DNA of 25,975 nt from Amoebidium appalachense (Eukaryota; Protista; Ichthyosporea), in assembly GCA_963693365.1 (NCBI GenBank), contig CAVNZM010000009.1, positions 1 to 25,975 on the forward strand, written 5' to 3'. The translations under genes and the position numbers were made by a program. Numbering within the stretch: the first letter of the stretch is position 1; each line of letters begins with the position of its first letter. This document shows positions 24,874 through 25,975 of this stretch, piece after piece. The notes under the pieces were generated by a model, which worked only from the letters and a program-made list of their open reading frames with translations, made no database searches and was not told the DNA's origin.

Positions 24874-25392
24874 ATGGCTTTTGAGCAGGACCTGAAGCTA
24901 TTTGTCAATCGGCTGTCGCTGCTTGTATCCAGCATGACGTTCGACTCGAACGGCGCCGGCAGGGTGGCGAGACGGCCGCTACAGCTCCACGCAAGACTCG
25001 GCAAGGGCGACACGATGCTGTCGGACACGATGCTGCCGCTGCAGTCGGTGGAAACGTCGAACAGGACTGGACTCAACCACCTGGTGTTTTCGACGTGTCC
25101 ACTGGAGGGGGCCGGGGATGCGGTGACCATCGACCTGGATTGGGGCAAGTCGTTTCGGCTGACCTGGGAGCGCTGGGACACCACGCTGTCGCTGCTGCCA
25201 CCGAGGGATCCGACGGAGGAGGAGGGCATGAGCGAGGGACGAGCTGTCCCCATGGAGGCAAAGAGAAAACGAACAACCCTTCTGCGAATCGACTTTTTGA
25301 AGGACTTCCTTTGGCATGACATGGGGTGCGACATTCTGTCGCTGCAGTTATATGAATCAGTACAGAAAAATAGGCGGCAGTGTAGAGAATAA
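24874..25392 (+). CDS. Hypothetical protein
   Basis: 172 aa from a Kozak ATG (MAFEQDLKLF) with a TATA box upstream. No recognised motif. Confidence 0.65.
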   Translation: MAFEQDLKLFVNRLSLLVSSMTFDSNGAGRVARRPLQLHARLGKGDTMLSDTMLPLQSVETSNRTGLNHLVFSTCPLEGAGDAVTIDLDWGKSFRLTWERWDTTLSLLPPRDPTEEEGMSEGRAVPMEAKRKRTTLLRIDFLKDFLWHDMGCDILSLQLYESVQKNRRQCRE

Positions 25393-25594
25393 TGCAGGTA
25401 TCTCGCAGTGCGTGTGTGTGTGCGACTGCGCCCCGGATGGTGCAGCACGCGTATATAAGCAGGGCCACACCCAACGTGTCGTCCGAGCGCATGCTTGTGT
25501 GTGCGCACACAAATTTGTAAAAAAGCCAACGTTTTCCTTTGCCCTGAATTCAAGTTACTCTGAGCATAAAATTAATGGTTTTTTATTTGTTTCA

Positions 25595-25859
25595 TGAGTA
25601 ACAATATCTTACTCAGGGTACTCATTCTGAGTAACACAGACAAGTTTCCCCCACTAGATGTTACTCACCCAAATATGGTAAAGGTTTCCTTTTTAGGTAT
25701 AAAAATATGCAATTGTCATATAGTGAGTAGGATGAGTAGAATGAGTACGTACTCATCTACTGTGGGCTACGGGTATACCTAAATCTCAATCCAAAAGGAA
25801 ATTGGAACACCCGGGGGGAGACCAGATGAGTAGGTACTCAAGCTACTCATCCTACTCAC
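25595..25859. repeat. TGAGTA/TACTCA iteron cluster with a 36-bp inverted repeat (25723-25758 / 25824-25859)
   Basis: About 13 copies of the hexamer in both orientations. The arms match at 33/36 and enclose a 65-nt loop. Confidence 0.88.
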
Positions 25860-25975
25860 CCCATCACTGCCTATAGGCATGCCCCGTGTGCAGGGCACTG
25901 ATTTCTGCCCTCTTCTGGTTGGTGCCAAGAGGCAGTGCCCTACACATGTGGTGTCTAAACAGCCTATAGGCATGC

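Noticed and set aside
24310-25553. ORFs 24498-25553 (-, 351 aa) and 24310-24666 (-) as full genes
   Set aside because: The first is mostly antisense to 24874-25392. The second has no motif or promoter support. Only the PDZ-like fragment was kept, as a weak finding.
1-25975. tRNA/rRNA genes, or Polinton hallmark genes (pPolB, rve integrase, major capsid)
   Set aside because: No recognisable motifs were seen by eye. A covariance-model or HMM scan would be needed to exclude them fully.

Overview
This 26-kb window looks like a gene-dense segment of a large eukaryotic dsDNA virus (Nucleocytoviricota-like) or an endogenised copy of one. It carries PCNA, a P11-type minor-capsid-like protein, a repeat-rich fibre-like protein and a lectin-like virion protein. 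It also has two Bro/KilA-like DNA-binding paralogues (one fused to a DUF559/Vsr-like nuclease), two complete primase-less SF3 (D5/DUF5906-type) helicases plus a truncated third copy, Fic, patatin, a PD-(D/E)xK nuclease, two C2H2 zinc-finger proteins and a MYND-finger protein. Many genes have Pol II-like promoters (GGTATAAAAG TATA box, CCAATCARAT box, Kozak starts). The most notable element is missing from the supplied ORF track: a minus-strand ORF from 2636 that runs off the left edge. It has about 630 unassigned N-terminal residues fused to an IS630/Tc1-mariner-type transposase (two HTHs plus the first DDE aspartate). It is cut at 167/168 by a perfect inverted copy of 12470-12636. The intergenic regions hold several structured elements: a GC-rich palindromic repeat family, an alternating-spacer array, hairpins, and a TGAGTA iteron/inverted-repeat cluster at the right end. 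All family assignments come from motif recognition by eye; no database search was run.
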